From assembly GCA_013265495.1 (NCBI GenBank), contig MU057865.1, positions 558,001-622,000 of the forward strand: a stretch of DNA of 64,000 bases, in the 5' to 3' direction. This DNA comes from Vicugna vicugna (lineage: Eukaryota). Positions 26,580 through 39,420 of this stretch are shown one piece after another. How positions within the stretch are numbered: position 1 is the first letter of the stretch; the number at the start of each line of letters is the position of its first letter. Both the position numbers and the translations under genes were made by a program. Under the pieces are notes generated by a model. That model saw only the letters and a program-made list of their open reading frames with translations. It had not been told where the DNA came from and searched no databases.

Positions 26580-27010
26580 TTATATCCAAATTGAATTAGG
26601 AAAACAGAACCTCCACCAGGTTGTTCAGTCGTAGGAATTTATTCTGGGCAACAAGTTAAAAGATCTTGAAAAACATTGCCAAGCCAGATATTAACAACTG
26701 AAGGAAGAAGCTTTTACTCCAGGACTGGAGGGACCAGAGGAAATGGGGGTGTTACGAGAGCCCGAGGGCCAAAACTGGCTGTAAAGAATTGAAACTTTGA
26801 GAGCTGCAACCGGAAGGGAGAGGCCGCACTCCTCAGGACACTTGGCGAGGGGAGTGAGGAAGGGTGTCCAGGCTCCTCCCACTTGCCTGCTTTCTGATTT
26901 CCCATCACTGGCTGAACTTAGCCGGAAACCGGTTGGCAGAAAATGTGAATCAGATCCTATGCTACAAACCAGAGAAGGGCAAGGGCAGGGAATGGATCTG
27001 CAAGCAAACA
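26580..27010. mobile_element. Possible ancient LTR fragment
   Basis: ggaaaacagaacctccaccaggttgttcag..ggaatttattctggg resembles the ends of old mammalian LTRs; a similar start occurs at 27215 (tgtatcagtcagggtcc). Confidence 0.35.
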
Positions 27011-27276
27011 GGCACATCGATAGCACAGCAAGGATCATGAGCACAGTATCTCTAAGGGAAGCCCACAGAACGCCGAAGGGATTAGAGGCCCAGACTGATG
27101 ACTGAGGCTGTCTGCCCCTCCAGCTCCATCTCCATCTCTGCTTCTACCTCCGTGTCTGCCTCTGTCCCACAGACGAAAGGAAATGTGCTCCCCCCAAAGG
27201 AAAAACAAGTCCTTTGTATCAGTCAGGGTCCAGGTTAAGAGACAAAAATCATATCCATTATTTTGAACAGGGTAAC

Positions 27277-27470
27277 TTTTCCCCAGTCTTACTGAGATAT
27301 AATTGACGTACAGCGTTGTATACATTTAAGATACACGACATGAGGATTTGACGTAAGTGTATATGGGTTAAAAGCCATCACTTCACACAGTCATAAATTT
27401 CCTTCCTTGTGATGGAAACTGTCAGGATTAACTCTCAGCAACCTTCAAATGCACAACACAGCGTTGCTGA
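27277..27470 (-). mobile_element. L1 3'-end fragment
   Basis: cccagtcttactgagatataattgacgtacagcgttgtatacatttaag is a reverse L1MA/L1_Art-type tail. Confidence 0.75.
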
Positions 27471-28237
27471 AGGCTCAGTTCAGTGTGAATAGCTGGCGCT
27501 AGGTAAAGGGGGGTTAACTACTCAGAGGGGGACGGAAGAGCTGTAGAGAGTGACCGAGGCAGCAACACAGGAAGCATCTACACCCTAAGGCTGAAAGAAA
27601 ACTATCCAAGGAGGAACTCAGAAACACAGAGGAGGGCCCTTGGGGTGGAGGTCCAGCCCCTCAGGCCCAGTTGAAAGGCACAAATGTCATGTGCAGTGTC
27701 CCAGCTGGGTATCACGAAGAAGGACCAAAAGAAGTGAGTTTGGAGTCAAGAAGTAATAGATTAATAGCCAGCACACTTACCCAATCTTAGTGATCTGGGT
27801 TTTCACTGACCAAGTTGACGACTTTCCATTTTGCCATGTAAGCCATGCAGCCAGGGGTAAAATTCAGGAGAAACTCAAATCCGTATAGTTGATTAAGGTT
27901 GGAACTACAGGCGGCCCCAAGTGTGGTTTTGGTTATTCTGTATGAATCTTGAAAGCCTCCACCAGGTGTGGCCCTCTGTGCTGAAAGGCTGCTAAGCATG
28001 GAGTCTGTCTTGATTGAATCAGCTCCCTGCCTGTGGGCAGACTGCTCGAGTAGGAAATGGCTTCCTTCTCCTCTCTGCTTATCTAAATCAGAGCCTTACT
28101 TTAAGGTTCAATTGAAATCCCATGCCCCTCCCCAATCTGACACCATCTTTCCCTCCACACAACTCTTTTTTACGGTAACTTTTTCTTTTTTCTGTACCAT
28201 TCCTTTGGAAAAAAACAAACAAATGGACAAACTAGTC

Positions 28238-28293
28238 GTGTGTGTGTGTGTGTGTGTGTACATGCACACGTGCGCATTTCTGTGTGTGTGTGT
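28238..28293 (+). repeat. Compound (GT)n microsatellite
   Basis: Two GT runs seen directly. Confidence 0.85.
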
Positions 28294-31200
28294 GATGGTG
28301 GTGAGGTGGGTCTCATTTCTAAACAATGAGAGCAGAGTGCGTGATGGGGGATGTAGGAACTGAATCTACGGGGCTGGAGATCAGCAAACCAAGATGGGAA
28401 GCAGATGGGAGAGCGTGAGGCCACAACCAAGCACTGGAGAAACATCCCGACTTCCATCCCCAGATCCTTGGCATATTTAATTCGGAAGTGCACACAGTGC
28501 CCCCTTTGATTAGCAGTGACCTCCGCGTGGGAAATTCTCCTCATCCCAGCATCCAGAGGAAACATCTGTCCTTTGCTGAACGCATGTGAGACATGGGAGA
28601 TCGAGCAGGACTCCTCTTCGCCGTCTTTTCAGAGTCGCATTGTTCCCAGCATAATACAATCTCTTTCTTTGCCTTTGGTCCATTCCGGTTTTGGATTTCG
28701 AGAGCAGACGCTGCCTGCATGCAGTTGGACAGTTTATCCCCAACTAATGAAACTCAGCCTCGGGACCTGTTTCTTTGGACTCACGCAGAGTTTCAGTCTT
28801 GAGTTTCCTGAGACTGGTTGTACTGAAATGTGCTTTCTCCAGTGACATTCATTATCTTTCCTATTTTGGTTTTTGCCCAGGAATGTGTTTCGGAAGGGCA
28901 GATGGCAGCGAGTGCCCCAGGCGCTGTGTTCCAGCACCCAAACCACTGTGATTTAGGGACACAGTGTGTTTAAAAACGAAATAAGAGAAAGCCAAGAGCC
29001 CCGCTTAGACGTGCCTGCTTTCCTGTGTTTCCCCAGTCCGCATTGTAAAATGAATTGAATGCCCCGTCCCCGTCTTCCTTCCTTCTTACCCCCCCAAATG
29101 TTTTCAGTGTTATTATTATGTGACATTTATCCAAGAAACAAAGGTAGCAAATTCAACCCTAAGCCTTGGGGAAACAGGGACTGTCATTTACTGAATACCT
29201 TCCTTTTGCCTGGAACTTCTTACATGTTAACTCCATTTTCACAAAAACTGAACCAAACAGGAATTACCCTCATTCTAAAGATCGAGCTCAGGGAAGTAAA
29301 ATGGTTGGCGCATGACCACAACGACTGTGAGTGGATAAGCACCTGGTCTTGGTCGGGAGATACGTGCTGGAGGGAAGGGCACGTCGGGACGACACCCAGG
29401 AAGGAGGTGGGCTCTGAATCCCTTTCTCCTTCAAGACTCTTCTTGGTGGAAGAGATTGTAAAGAGAGTTGTCCAATGGGGGCTGAGCAGCTAGTTACAAA
29501 CAGATGCAGGGTTATCGTTTGGAGGAAGAGTAGGCCCTTTCCCTGCATTTCCAGGGGCCAGACGGGAGCAAAGAATGCGTCAGATGAGATTGATATTGAC
29601 ATGGAACCAGGAAGCTCGTTGGCTAATTAGATCGGCTCTAAAAAGGAACTGACATGCGAGGCACGCCCAGCTCCCAGCCCCTAGGAGTGCCGAGCAGAGC
29701 ACACACCCCTCTGCCCCTGCCAGCTCTCAGACCCTGCGATAAATAATTTCCTGTTCTCTCTCCAGCTCCACAGTTCAGCGCTCGATGGGCAGCAATCACT
29801 CCTTTTCGTCATCATTTATTTCTTTTAGCTTATGCTTGAAGCTGAGAGAGTGGAAACTCTAGGAGCCTCAATTGCTAGATAGGTTTTGTAGAGCCTGATT
29901 TAAGAAAATCGATCTGCTAGCGTGTGTTCTCAGTAGAGCAAATGTGCAGGAAAGCATTACCGATCTAACTTTGTTAAATGAGTTGCTAGTGTGTTTCTGG
30001 TCGTGTTTGTGTCGAGTGGATAAAGAAATTCTGCAGGGGAAGCCATTGTAAGCACTGCAAATGGGCTAACACCTAAGGCTGCCTCTAAAGTAATATTTGC
30101 GGTTAAAGAAAAAGGAAAGTAGTTTGTCAGGTAATCCCAAGCATCTTGAAATTTGGTATTAATTTTTTTTTAAATCACTATTTTACTCTGTTGTCTTAAC
30201 TTGAATTCAAATTTCAATTAGTTTACAAATACCGAATTATTATAGCCAGTCTAGAACTTGATTCTAAAAGTTTTGTCCACAAAGAAACAGAATCCTGATG
30301 GAAGATTCTAGAGAGACACTTTTCCTTACCATTGCTGAGGCAAAATTCTTTTTATTATTACTATTGGCTTTTGGTTATTTCTGATGGAAATAAATTTAAC
30401 TAACTTAGGCTTAAAAGACTGAAAAAAAATGTGGTCATTTATTCCTTAAATTAACCCACCACTCTTCCCAGATTCCTTTCAACTCCATTTTCTGGGGAGT
30501 AGCCAAGGATTTATTCAAAATCATGCAATGCCTAAAATGACCATTATTCCCTCTGTTACAGGTAGCGTTATATCCGGGACCCTCTCTCTTACAGGCACGT
30601 CTGTCAAAAGGACCATTTTTCAGGCTCACAGTTCCCAAGACTCTGTCACTTTCTTACTTACAGAGGCCCAAAATGGAAACTATTTTTCTTTTCATTATGA
30701 GCTGTCACTTTTTCATCTTGGCACTGCAATGATAGACTTTCATTCATCTTCTGTATTACCTTTCCTGAAACCTCTGACACAGACTGACACAATGCAAAAT
30801 GCAGGAGATCTCGGAGCATACGCTGGCAATTTTGAGGGAAGGCAGCAGCCTGTCTCGCTCCGTTATTTTAAATATATATTGAAAACGCTGAGATTCCCCC
30901 GATGTGGTAGGCTGGAAATGCTAATGTGCCAAGCTCTGTTTTTACCTGTCCTTATAACGCCTGCTCTCTGGCCCCAAGTCAACGTGAAGGGTTGGCGGAA
31001 GACGGTAGAGCTGCCAATGCTTTACCAGAGTGGAGGGCGGGAGAGTAGAAAGTTTGCTCTAAATCCATGAGGGCGTGAGGAAAATCATCTTACATTCTCG
31101 ATAGTCACATTTCTAAGAGGGCATGGGGCTGGCTATCAGTGAAACTGTGAAAAAGACAGAGTTCTGTATTCCCTGATACACTTCCGGTTGAGCCTAGATA

Positions 31201-32089
31201 TTTCGTGGATCAAAGTGCTCATTGCTGAGTCCATTTCTGTAGCAAAACGAGGAGGATAGGGCCCCTGATCAGGAGTGAGACAACGTCGTCACGGTGCATC
31301 ATTGGTGAAGTGGATCTGAGCCTGCTCTTTAATTCTACGCTCCGCTGGGCCAAGCCCCACTTACATAAAACCCTGTCAAGTGGCATCTCGTCTGGGAGTC
31401 TCGTTTCACTTTCTCAGAAAGATGTTTTGTCCTCCAGGTAGATTACAAACTATTTTTAATTAGTTAGGTGATGTTTAACATTACATCCCCAATGCTTGAT
31501 ATATTTCTTCCTTAATACATGTCTGCTGATTGAATGAGTTGAATGGTAAAAGTTTCTGACCAGAGTCATTGCCCTTTTATTTCCAATTCTGACCTCAGCC
31601 GGGAGCCCTTAGAGGTGTCTGCTTTTCACCAGGGGAGCACTTTGAAACTGTGAGCTGGGAGCGCCCTTTTCAATTCTCCACAGCCCTTTTCCTGGGCTTG
31701 GCGTTACCTGTTGGACTCAACTGAGCTTGAAGTTTGGGATCCTTCCATTCCACCCTGGAATAATATTCTAACATTCCCCCTTTGATAGTGTGTTTTGATC
31801 TCCTCTTGCAACTTCTACTTTGGGTACTTTGTGCTGAGCCTGACAAAGACCAGGGACACTCTCTCACTGACATGAGGTGACAATCAGTGTAGGCTTCCCC
31901 TTAGCTGCCATTCAGCCACATGGAGAAAACCTAGCCCACTCCATCCTTGAATGAGCAACCATCCTCTGTGTGCTTCTAAACCCAGCTCTTAGGGCTGAAT
32001 ATTGGAACAATATGGATGTGAAGACAAGAGAGATAAATAGAAGGGTGAGGAAAAATTGAGGAAAGTCAAGTTTTACCTGGAAAACTAAA

Positions 32090-33290
32090 TAACAGAAACC
32101 CTGTTTTAACAGGTAAGAGAATTTAATAAGATGGCTGAATACCAAAATAATATACAGGAATTAATAACTCACATATTTGATCAACTATACTTATAACATC
32201 AAGTTAGAACACATAATGGAAGAAAAGCATATGTAATAGTAATTTCTAAAACAATCTTAATAAGGTATAATTGGCATACAATTAACTACACACTTAAAGT
32301 GCATAATTATATGTTTGACATATGTGTACATGCATGAAATCATTTCTACAATCTAAATAATGAACATATCCATCATTTCCAAAAGTTTTACCATGAAAAC
32401 ATTTATAATATAATATAACAAAATGGACTTCTACATAAAAACATTAGATATTTATAGGGAAAAAGACAACCTAACTAAAAAAATCAATTTACATGATAGA
32501 TGTAAAGGTATATTATTTAATATATAAAGAGTTTCTACAGATCAATAAGAAAAAAAGACAAGTAATCCAAGAGAGAACACGGGGAAAGAGATCAATATAC
32601 AGTTTATAAAGAAAGTAATGGCTTTTTAACAAATGTGCTCAGTCTCCCTGAAATAAATGAAGGACAAATTAAGCTATACTGCTTACCATTTTCCATCTCA
32701 TAAACAAAAAAATGTGAAAAGGTAGCCCAGAATATTAGTTATTGTGAAGAAAAAGCACTCTGATTTCATTATGGTTTGACTTAGGGCTTTTATGGAAGAT
32801 CTTTTGGAAATATCATTTAATTAAAAAAATCACTTTTCATTTAAGCCAAGATGGAATTTTTTTAGTGTTTATTCTACAGATACACTAGTCCATGTGCTAA
32901 ATGATCTACATGCAAGGGTATTTTTTGCAACATTGTTCTAGTAACAAAAGGTTAAAACTCAATGCCCCATATATGGGACTGGTTATTTAAATAATGCTAT
33001 GTCAGAAATGTAATTCCATGTATCTATTAGCATAGGCTAATGCATGCAGACAGTACGAAATTAAAAAAAAAAAGAATATACAGTATAAAGGAAGTCTCTC
33101 TTCTGCCTGCTAAAATTACACAGTTCCCCTTTCAAGGTGATTATATCCATTATAAAGAATATAATGAGATACTAAGCAACTATTCAAACAAATGATGTGG
33201 TTCTATATAAAATCATAACAAAAAATTCCAACATAAAAACAAGGCACAGAACACTGTCTGTGGTATGCTATCATATATGTAAATGCACAG
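32090..33290. mobile_element. Cluster of old L1 fragments (L1ME-like on +, with a short L1 3' end on - at ~32250-32400)
   Basis: A-rich ORF2-end text (ctacagatcaataagaaaaaaagacaagtaatccaagag..; tttttgcaacattgttctagtaacaaaag) and a reverse tail (aaggtataattggcatacaattaactacacacttaaagtg). Confidence 0.75.
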
Positions 33291-33595
33291 AAAACGTCAC
33301 ACCTGAAGCTAGCAACCACTCACATCCACACTTCACATAGGTCCCCAGTGTTGAGACCACAGTTAGATTTCATCACCAGCCAGAACCACTCCTCTTTATA
33401 GAGCATACACGCTGAATGGTCTCTTGGTCTCTTCCTTGCTGACACCTTCACTTAAATAAAACCTGTTCTTCATGGTCATGACTTCAATTTCTTCAGAATT
33501 CAACTCTAGTTTTATGGAATACGGCCCTCCCAGTAGGATGCTTGAACTTAGTTATTGTGACATTGGATTTTAACCCACATCATCCTGAACTGGAC

Positions 33596-33777
33596 CATTG
33601 GTTCTCAATCTTGAGCATCGGAACCACTTGGAGGCTTGTCGAACCACAGATTGCTGGCCTCATCCCCAGAGTTTCTGATTCAGTACGTGTATCTGGTTGA
33701 GGTGTATGTGAATTTGTTACCAAGTTTCAGCTAATGCTGAAGACATTGGTTTGAGGGTCATAGTTTGACAACCACTG
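33596..33777. mobile_element. MER5A hAT MITE
   Basis: Terminal inverted repeats cattggttctcaa / ttgacaaccactg; internal ccccagagtttctgattcagta. Confidence 0.85.
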
Positions 33778-34579
33778 GCCTTGAGCACTGAATAATGGTA
33801 GAACCCATTTCATACCCAGCCTCAGTTTAAATTTGGGTTCTTCATATGTAACCATCTTTGCATCTTCAACCCACTATAAACCTATTTATGACTAATGGCT
33901 TCACCCAGATGGGAAAATTTAACATTTAGAAAAATCTCATGTTATTTAGAGCAGCCCTCTTTTCAAGGGGAGAGGAATAAATTCCCTTCAGGGCCATGTC
34001 TAAAACGCCCAAAGTCAGCAGGGCATTAAATTCCCCAGATTCGACTCTTTGCTTAATGTTAGAGATGTGCATTTGTGACATTTTTCTTTCCTTTACAGTT
34101 GAAAGAGACATTTGGAATTATCTAGGCAGCAGCCCACATGAGGTGGATATTTGGCAGCTCTACTTTTTTCTGGACCTAGAAAGGTTCATTAGCATAGATG
34201 TGAATAGGGTAGACCTATGCCTTTATATAACTGAATAGAAAGCCCTTTTCTGCTCTACTTTCCTTTTTGCTCCTTGTAACAGCCCAGCTCAGGACATGTC
34301 AGCAACAGAGCCAAGGCTGCAGATACAGAATTTTGGCTTACCACAATCCAACCAAAACACCTTATGGACTAGAGGCAATGGAAGAATTTTTATGAGATTC
34401 TTTCCTTCTTTGATGCCCCACCCTTTTATTAGGGTTTATTTTCAATCTTACTTGCCTTGCCCCACGCTGTTCTAGGCGAAGGATGAGCCAAAAATAAAAC
34501 CATATCGGAGACTGCAAAATGGAGAGACGGTGGCTGGAGTCTTAGAGTTGCAACTGGTGTGTTGACCAAGAAAGTGTGC

Positions 34580-35011
34580 TACTAAGATCTCACTTTAAGA
34601 CAAGATTCTCTTTTCAGGGGCAAGGGGGGCAGTTATCGGACATCATTCAGCTGCAGCCCCTTCAGGACCTGCCTCAGCTTTTGAACCATGGCCACACTCT
34701 TCGTAGGTGGCACCCAGAAAAGGACTGAGGGTTCTAGAGTCTGGCTAATTTTTTCCCCAATGAAGAGTTCCTCTAATGGGCCACCTTTGCTCTGAGTTCT
34801 CCATCGGGATAGCTGAGAATCTGTGATCTGAAGTTCTCTCTGCCCAGTCCTGCTTCCTTTACTCTTGTCCTTCAATAGTGACAGAGTCAAGGCTGCCTGA
34901 CTGTGTCTTCTCTCCTCACTTTTTAAATCTTTCATAAGAGTTTTTCAATAAAATCATTTGCACTCCTAACCCCATCTAAGTGTCTACTTACCTAAAGATC
35001 CTATTGATACA
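34580..35011 (+). mobile_element. LTR16-like ERVL solo LTR
   Basis: cagccccttcaggacctgcctcagct..; aataaaatcatttgcactcctaaccccatctaagtgtctactt..gataca 3' end. Confidence 0.7.
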
Positions 35012-35420
35012 TCTGGAAATTAGGAACATATGATTGTTCAAAGGAATGAGACGTGATTTCCCAATGGCAGCTGAGAAATGGGAGGAAAAGGTGACATAAA
35101 TGAGAGGGAAATTTCACAGTGCAGATGACAGCCACATTGACTACGGCAGTTTCCTCTTCAGTCCTGCCAGTGGCTCACCATTGCCCACAGGATGGGTCTA
35201 AGCCCTGGTAAGTCTCCTCTATTTTCTCTTTCCATTTTTCTTTCTAAAATTTCTCTTCCACTCTCCTGTGTACAAAGCAGCTGCAATATCGACTTTACAA
35301 TGTAGACACAGACACAGAATTTTAGACTGGGGGAATCATAGTTCACACTGTGTCCTTCCTCATTTTATAGGTGAGAAGATGGATTTATAGAAAGCCAACT
35401 GGCCAAACTCCACTCTCTCA

Positions 35421-35421
<1 letters not shown>

Positions 35422-35446
<25 letters not shown>
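35422..35446 (+). repeat. (CA)n microsatellite
   Basis: Seen directly. Confidence 0.9.
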
Positions 35447-35451
<5 letters not shown>

Positions 35452-35477
35452 TGCAATGTATTTTCAAGAGTTTGAAC

Positions 35478-35570
35478 CAGTGCTGTCTAATGGAGACTTC
35501 TACGTTCTACATCTGCTCAGTCCAGGGTGGTCGCCACCAGCCACATGTGAGCACTTGAGTGGCCAGTGAA
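35478..35570. mobile_element. MER3-like hAT fragment
   Basis: cagtgctgtctaatggagacttct..gccaccagccacatgtgagcacttgagtggccagtg. Confidence 0.6.
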
Positions 35571-35701
35571 TTCGCCGTGTGTCACTCGCGGATATGATAC
35601 TGAACAGTGAAGACCAAAAATTTTGCTTATCTTTTTTCATCTGTGATAACTATTCTGATGCCTTTTTGTCTTTCTAATTTCAACCCATTAAAAGATGGTT
35701 C

Positions 35702-35790
35702 TGTATGACAGAAGCCTTGCGTTGTACACCAGAAAGTGACACAACATTGTAAACTGATTATGCCTCAATAAAACAGCAATAACAGAAAAA
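35702..35790 (+). mobile_element. Very short L1 3' tail
   Basis: tgtacaccagaaagtgacacaacattgtaaactgattatgcctcaataaaa. Confidence 0.75.
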
Positions 35791-37196
35791 TCTGTTCTTC
35801 TTAAATCTAAGTGTTTTTCCGTAATGAGTCCTCCCTTGACCATTTCAGCTTACTTAGAAGTTGACAGCCTCTGTACTATTATGTTTGTTGGTATTGTTCA
35901 TCATTCAACACGTGTGTAATGAGTACATACTGAGTTCAAAGCCTTATACATGATGCCTTAAAAAAAACAGATTGCCTGTTTAATCTATGATGTAATTTAA
36001 CTTATGACTCATAGCTTGTTACTGAGTTTTATTTTGATTTGTAAAATGTCTCATAGCTATTCGCCTTTCTTAACACCAACTTTAAATCCCTTGAAGGCGG
36101 AGCTTGTGTGATTTGCGCAAAAGCAGGCACTGGATAACTAGGTTAGTTGATCTGGTAGATAAGTTGTGCCCATGGATACTAGTAACTGATTATAAAGTAA
36201 TACGGGTTATTATTTCTTGAAGAACCAAGACTCTATATTAAAACACCATCCTTTTTGCCATCTTCTTAACCAGGTAGGGAGGAGGGGGTCACTTCACCAT
36301 GAACTAGGATAGAGGAAAGAAATAAAATATCCACCCACGTGTGGGTTTCGAGTTAAAATTCTACAGTGAATGGTCCGGAAGTCTAAATTGCTAAATGATG
36401 TTCCAAAGGATCTTGGAAATATTGAAATATGTGCTTCTTTAAAGTAAATTATCACAGTTCCCTACCGTTGTTGAAGAGAAGGAATTTCATTTAACTTCCT
36501 ATTTGTAGTTTCTATCTATCTTAGAATTACTAGGGAAATAGGATTTTTCTTATTGACTGTACAGTGTACAAATCATGGCTTCCCTAGTGGAAAGCAATGG
36601 ACGGTTTGGATTCCATAAAATGTCTGGGATCCAGTTAACTTAGTTCTTGTGCCTTGCTTTCGTTCATATTCCTTCCCTTTTCAAGTCTGAGCTCAATTAT
36701 TACAGTCTGATGAGTTTTAAGTGTTCAGCTCTATTTTTAAATTTAACACATGATTTGGCAGTTTGCACAGGGATTGACAGATGCTTTAAATATATCAATA
36801 AAAATCTATTATTTTTTTTAAAAGAAATGGATTAATTTGTCTGCAGGAAAAAAAAATCGTTTCTGCAGTATTGAAAGCCACTGGGAGATTGGGAATAAGT
36901 GGTGATATAATTTATCTGTTCACTGACAGGAGCTAAATAGTCAGGATGCTTTAAATAAAAGAGGTCGGCAGCTGCTTTTCTCATTTTCTAGCCTAATTGG
37001 AAGAGAATGAATTCTGAGAGAAGCTCCTGTTTGGTAGGAACAACTTTCTTTTCCTTGCTGCATGTTCTTCCTTTAAGGCTACTCAAGTCTCACTTCTCCA
37101 GGAATCTTTGCTTGGTTAGTCACCTCTTGCCAATGCTCTGTCTCTGAGTTCCTATATTATATATGATCCTCTCTATAAAATCGGGCACCACATTAA

Positions 37197-37313
37197 TTTC
37201 CTTTTCCTCTTCCCACTCTCCCCCTTTTCCTTCCTTCCTTCCCTCCTCCCTCCCTTCTTCCTTTCTCCCACCCTCTTCTCCTTCCCTCCCCTCCCTCCTT
37301 CCCTCCTTCCTCT
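37197..37313 (+). repeat. Polypyrimidine (CT-rich) low-complexity tract
   Basis: About 115 nt of almost pure C/T with ccct/cctt units. Confidence 0.9.
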
Positions 37314-38498
37314 GCTGTGTCTGAACTCCCAGTTTAGATGGCTTGTTCTTAAAGCAGCAGGAAACCACGCGTCTTTGGTCTAAAAGGGGATTAGGTAGAA
37401 AAGAGGAACTTGAACATTTTGTATTGATTTACTGAACTGATTTTCCTTAGAACCCTCGCAAATCTCTTGACCGTTCTATGCCACCCCCTTCCCACGCACG
37501 CGCATAACTTCAAGCCAAAACTCCCCCTCTGGTGGGCACGCTCACCACACAGACTAGACTCACAGGTGAGCAGCTGGCGGCAGTTGCTTCCAGGTGTTTA
37601 CCAGCGGCAATCACAGCCTGTCAGTAAGCCGGTGACAGAGCAGGGCTAATTTCTCAGGAGTAATTAACTCTCAGGAAGCTTGGTGATGCATTTTAGGAGA
37701 ATAAATCATTCTCTTCACTGTCTCCTGTAATAATGTCGGCCTCTGCACAAACACGCACACTAACACAAACCCACACCTTTTCAGGGCCTCTTTGTTGGTA
37801 AGTATATTCATTATTCAGGGTCACTGGCGGAAATAATACATATGCAAAGATTCACTGGCAGAAACCAGATCATCTGCACTTTAAAACAATAAAAGAAAAA
37901 CATAAATAAATAAAATAGAGCGATAAGGGTTGCATGCAGCCCCTCATTTGGATGGATCAAGAGAATCCAATATTCTCTTACAATGGATTTTGATCATACC
38001 TTGGGATTTTTTTCATAGGCGAGCGCATGTATTGTCTTCTATGAGAATGCCCAGTTTGGAGAAACCCCAGGACTAGAAAGAGAGGAGGGGACGTTAATAC
38101 CCCTCCAGCTAAATCAGTTGAACCAGCCCCAGTGTTCATGCAGTGACCCATGGAATAGCCTCAGTTCCTGGTGCTTTAACCAGAGTTAAGTCACTAAGAA
38201 TTAACTTAGAGTGAGATAATAATATTAGCGATGCTTTTCATTTATAAAAACCAATGAGCGTTTTCCCTGGAAAACCCTCACTGATGCCTGCTGCATCCAC
38301 TGTGTTGGCAGGTGAGGGTCTGGGTGGCAGACATCTTATCCTCCTGAATAAGCCACCAGCACAAGTGGATGAATTAATGTAACTGCAACTTAATTCACTG
38401 CATATTCCCACTGCAATGTAAATAACAACATTTTGCTGTGTTTGGATTTGTGGTGAGAGATTGCTTATATGTTCAGGGATTCAGAAATTGGTCTATGG

Positions 38499-38680
38499 CT
38501 GTGATCCTCAAATATTAGCATGCATTAGAATCACCTGGCGGGTCCGAGAACCACAGAAAGATGGGCCACAGCCCTGGAGTCTCGGATTCTGTATGTCTGG
38601 GCTGGAGCCTGGGGATCAGCATTTCTAACAAGGTCCCCTGGATGACGCTGATGCTTCTGTTAAAGGGACTCCACTTTGGA
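38499..38680. mobile_element. MER5A hAT MITE
   Basis: gcatgcattagaatcacctgg..gcatttctaacaaggtcccctggatgacgctgatgct. Confidence 0.85.
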
Positions 38681-39249
38681 CCAAAATTCATCTGTGACCA
38701 TCCCTCCCATATGATGGAAGTCATGAAGTGTCCATTAAATATTCATTGACCACTTAGTAATTCCAAAGCAGAGGTAGTCCAGTGTGTTTTCTGTTCTTAA
38801 TGGCCTCATAATCTAATTGAGAAGACACACGTTTTTAAATGTGAGTTTTTTTAAAAAATCAGAAATTAAATTGCATGGTGCACATACTTTTGCTATAAAT
38901 AAGAGCATGGAGTTCTCAGAGGCCAGGAATCAGAGTGGAGACAGCACCTTAGTAATAAATGAAGACCAACTGGTCATTCTCACTGCCCGGCAAAGCCTCC
39001 GAATGAATGAGTGAGTGAATTTCCTGGTGGATGAGGGCAAACACCTGCTGGTCCCAGCTTGCTCATGCCTGTGGTTAGGAGGGGAAAATATGTGAGCATG
39101 GAGGTCAGCAGAACTCAACACAGAAGGGTCACCTGTTGTTTCAGTCTTCAACTGTAACAGGCAAGCAACGGTTTCCCAGAAAAGAACATTAAAAGGAAAA
39201 GAACATGGGTGGTTATTTATTTATTTCCAGAATACTAGAAATGAAAGAA

Positions 39250-39420
39250 ACCTTAGAGATGAGCTAGGTTAACAACTTCCTTTTGCAGATTAGGAAAACA
39301 GAGATGCAAGGAAGTGAATGACTCGTCAAAGGTGGTGCAACTCATCCGTGGTCCGAGTTGGGTTCTGACCGGTCCCTGGAGTCTCGAAACCAACTCCAGG
39401 GCAAACTCTCTTCCAGCCGT
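39250..39420 (-). mobile_element. MIR SINE
   Basis: ttttgcagattaggaaaacagagatgcaaggaagtgaatgactcgtcaaaggt. Confidence 0.7.

Noticed and set aside
30528..31070. 180-aa ORF
   Set aside because: No recognisable family or domain and no supporting gene context; ORFs of this length occur by chance in 64 kb.
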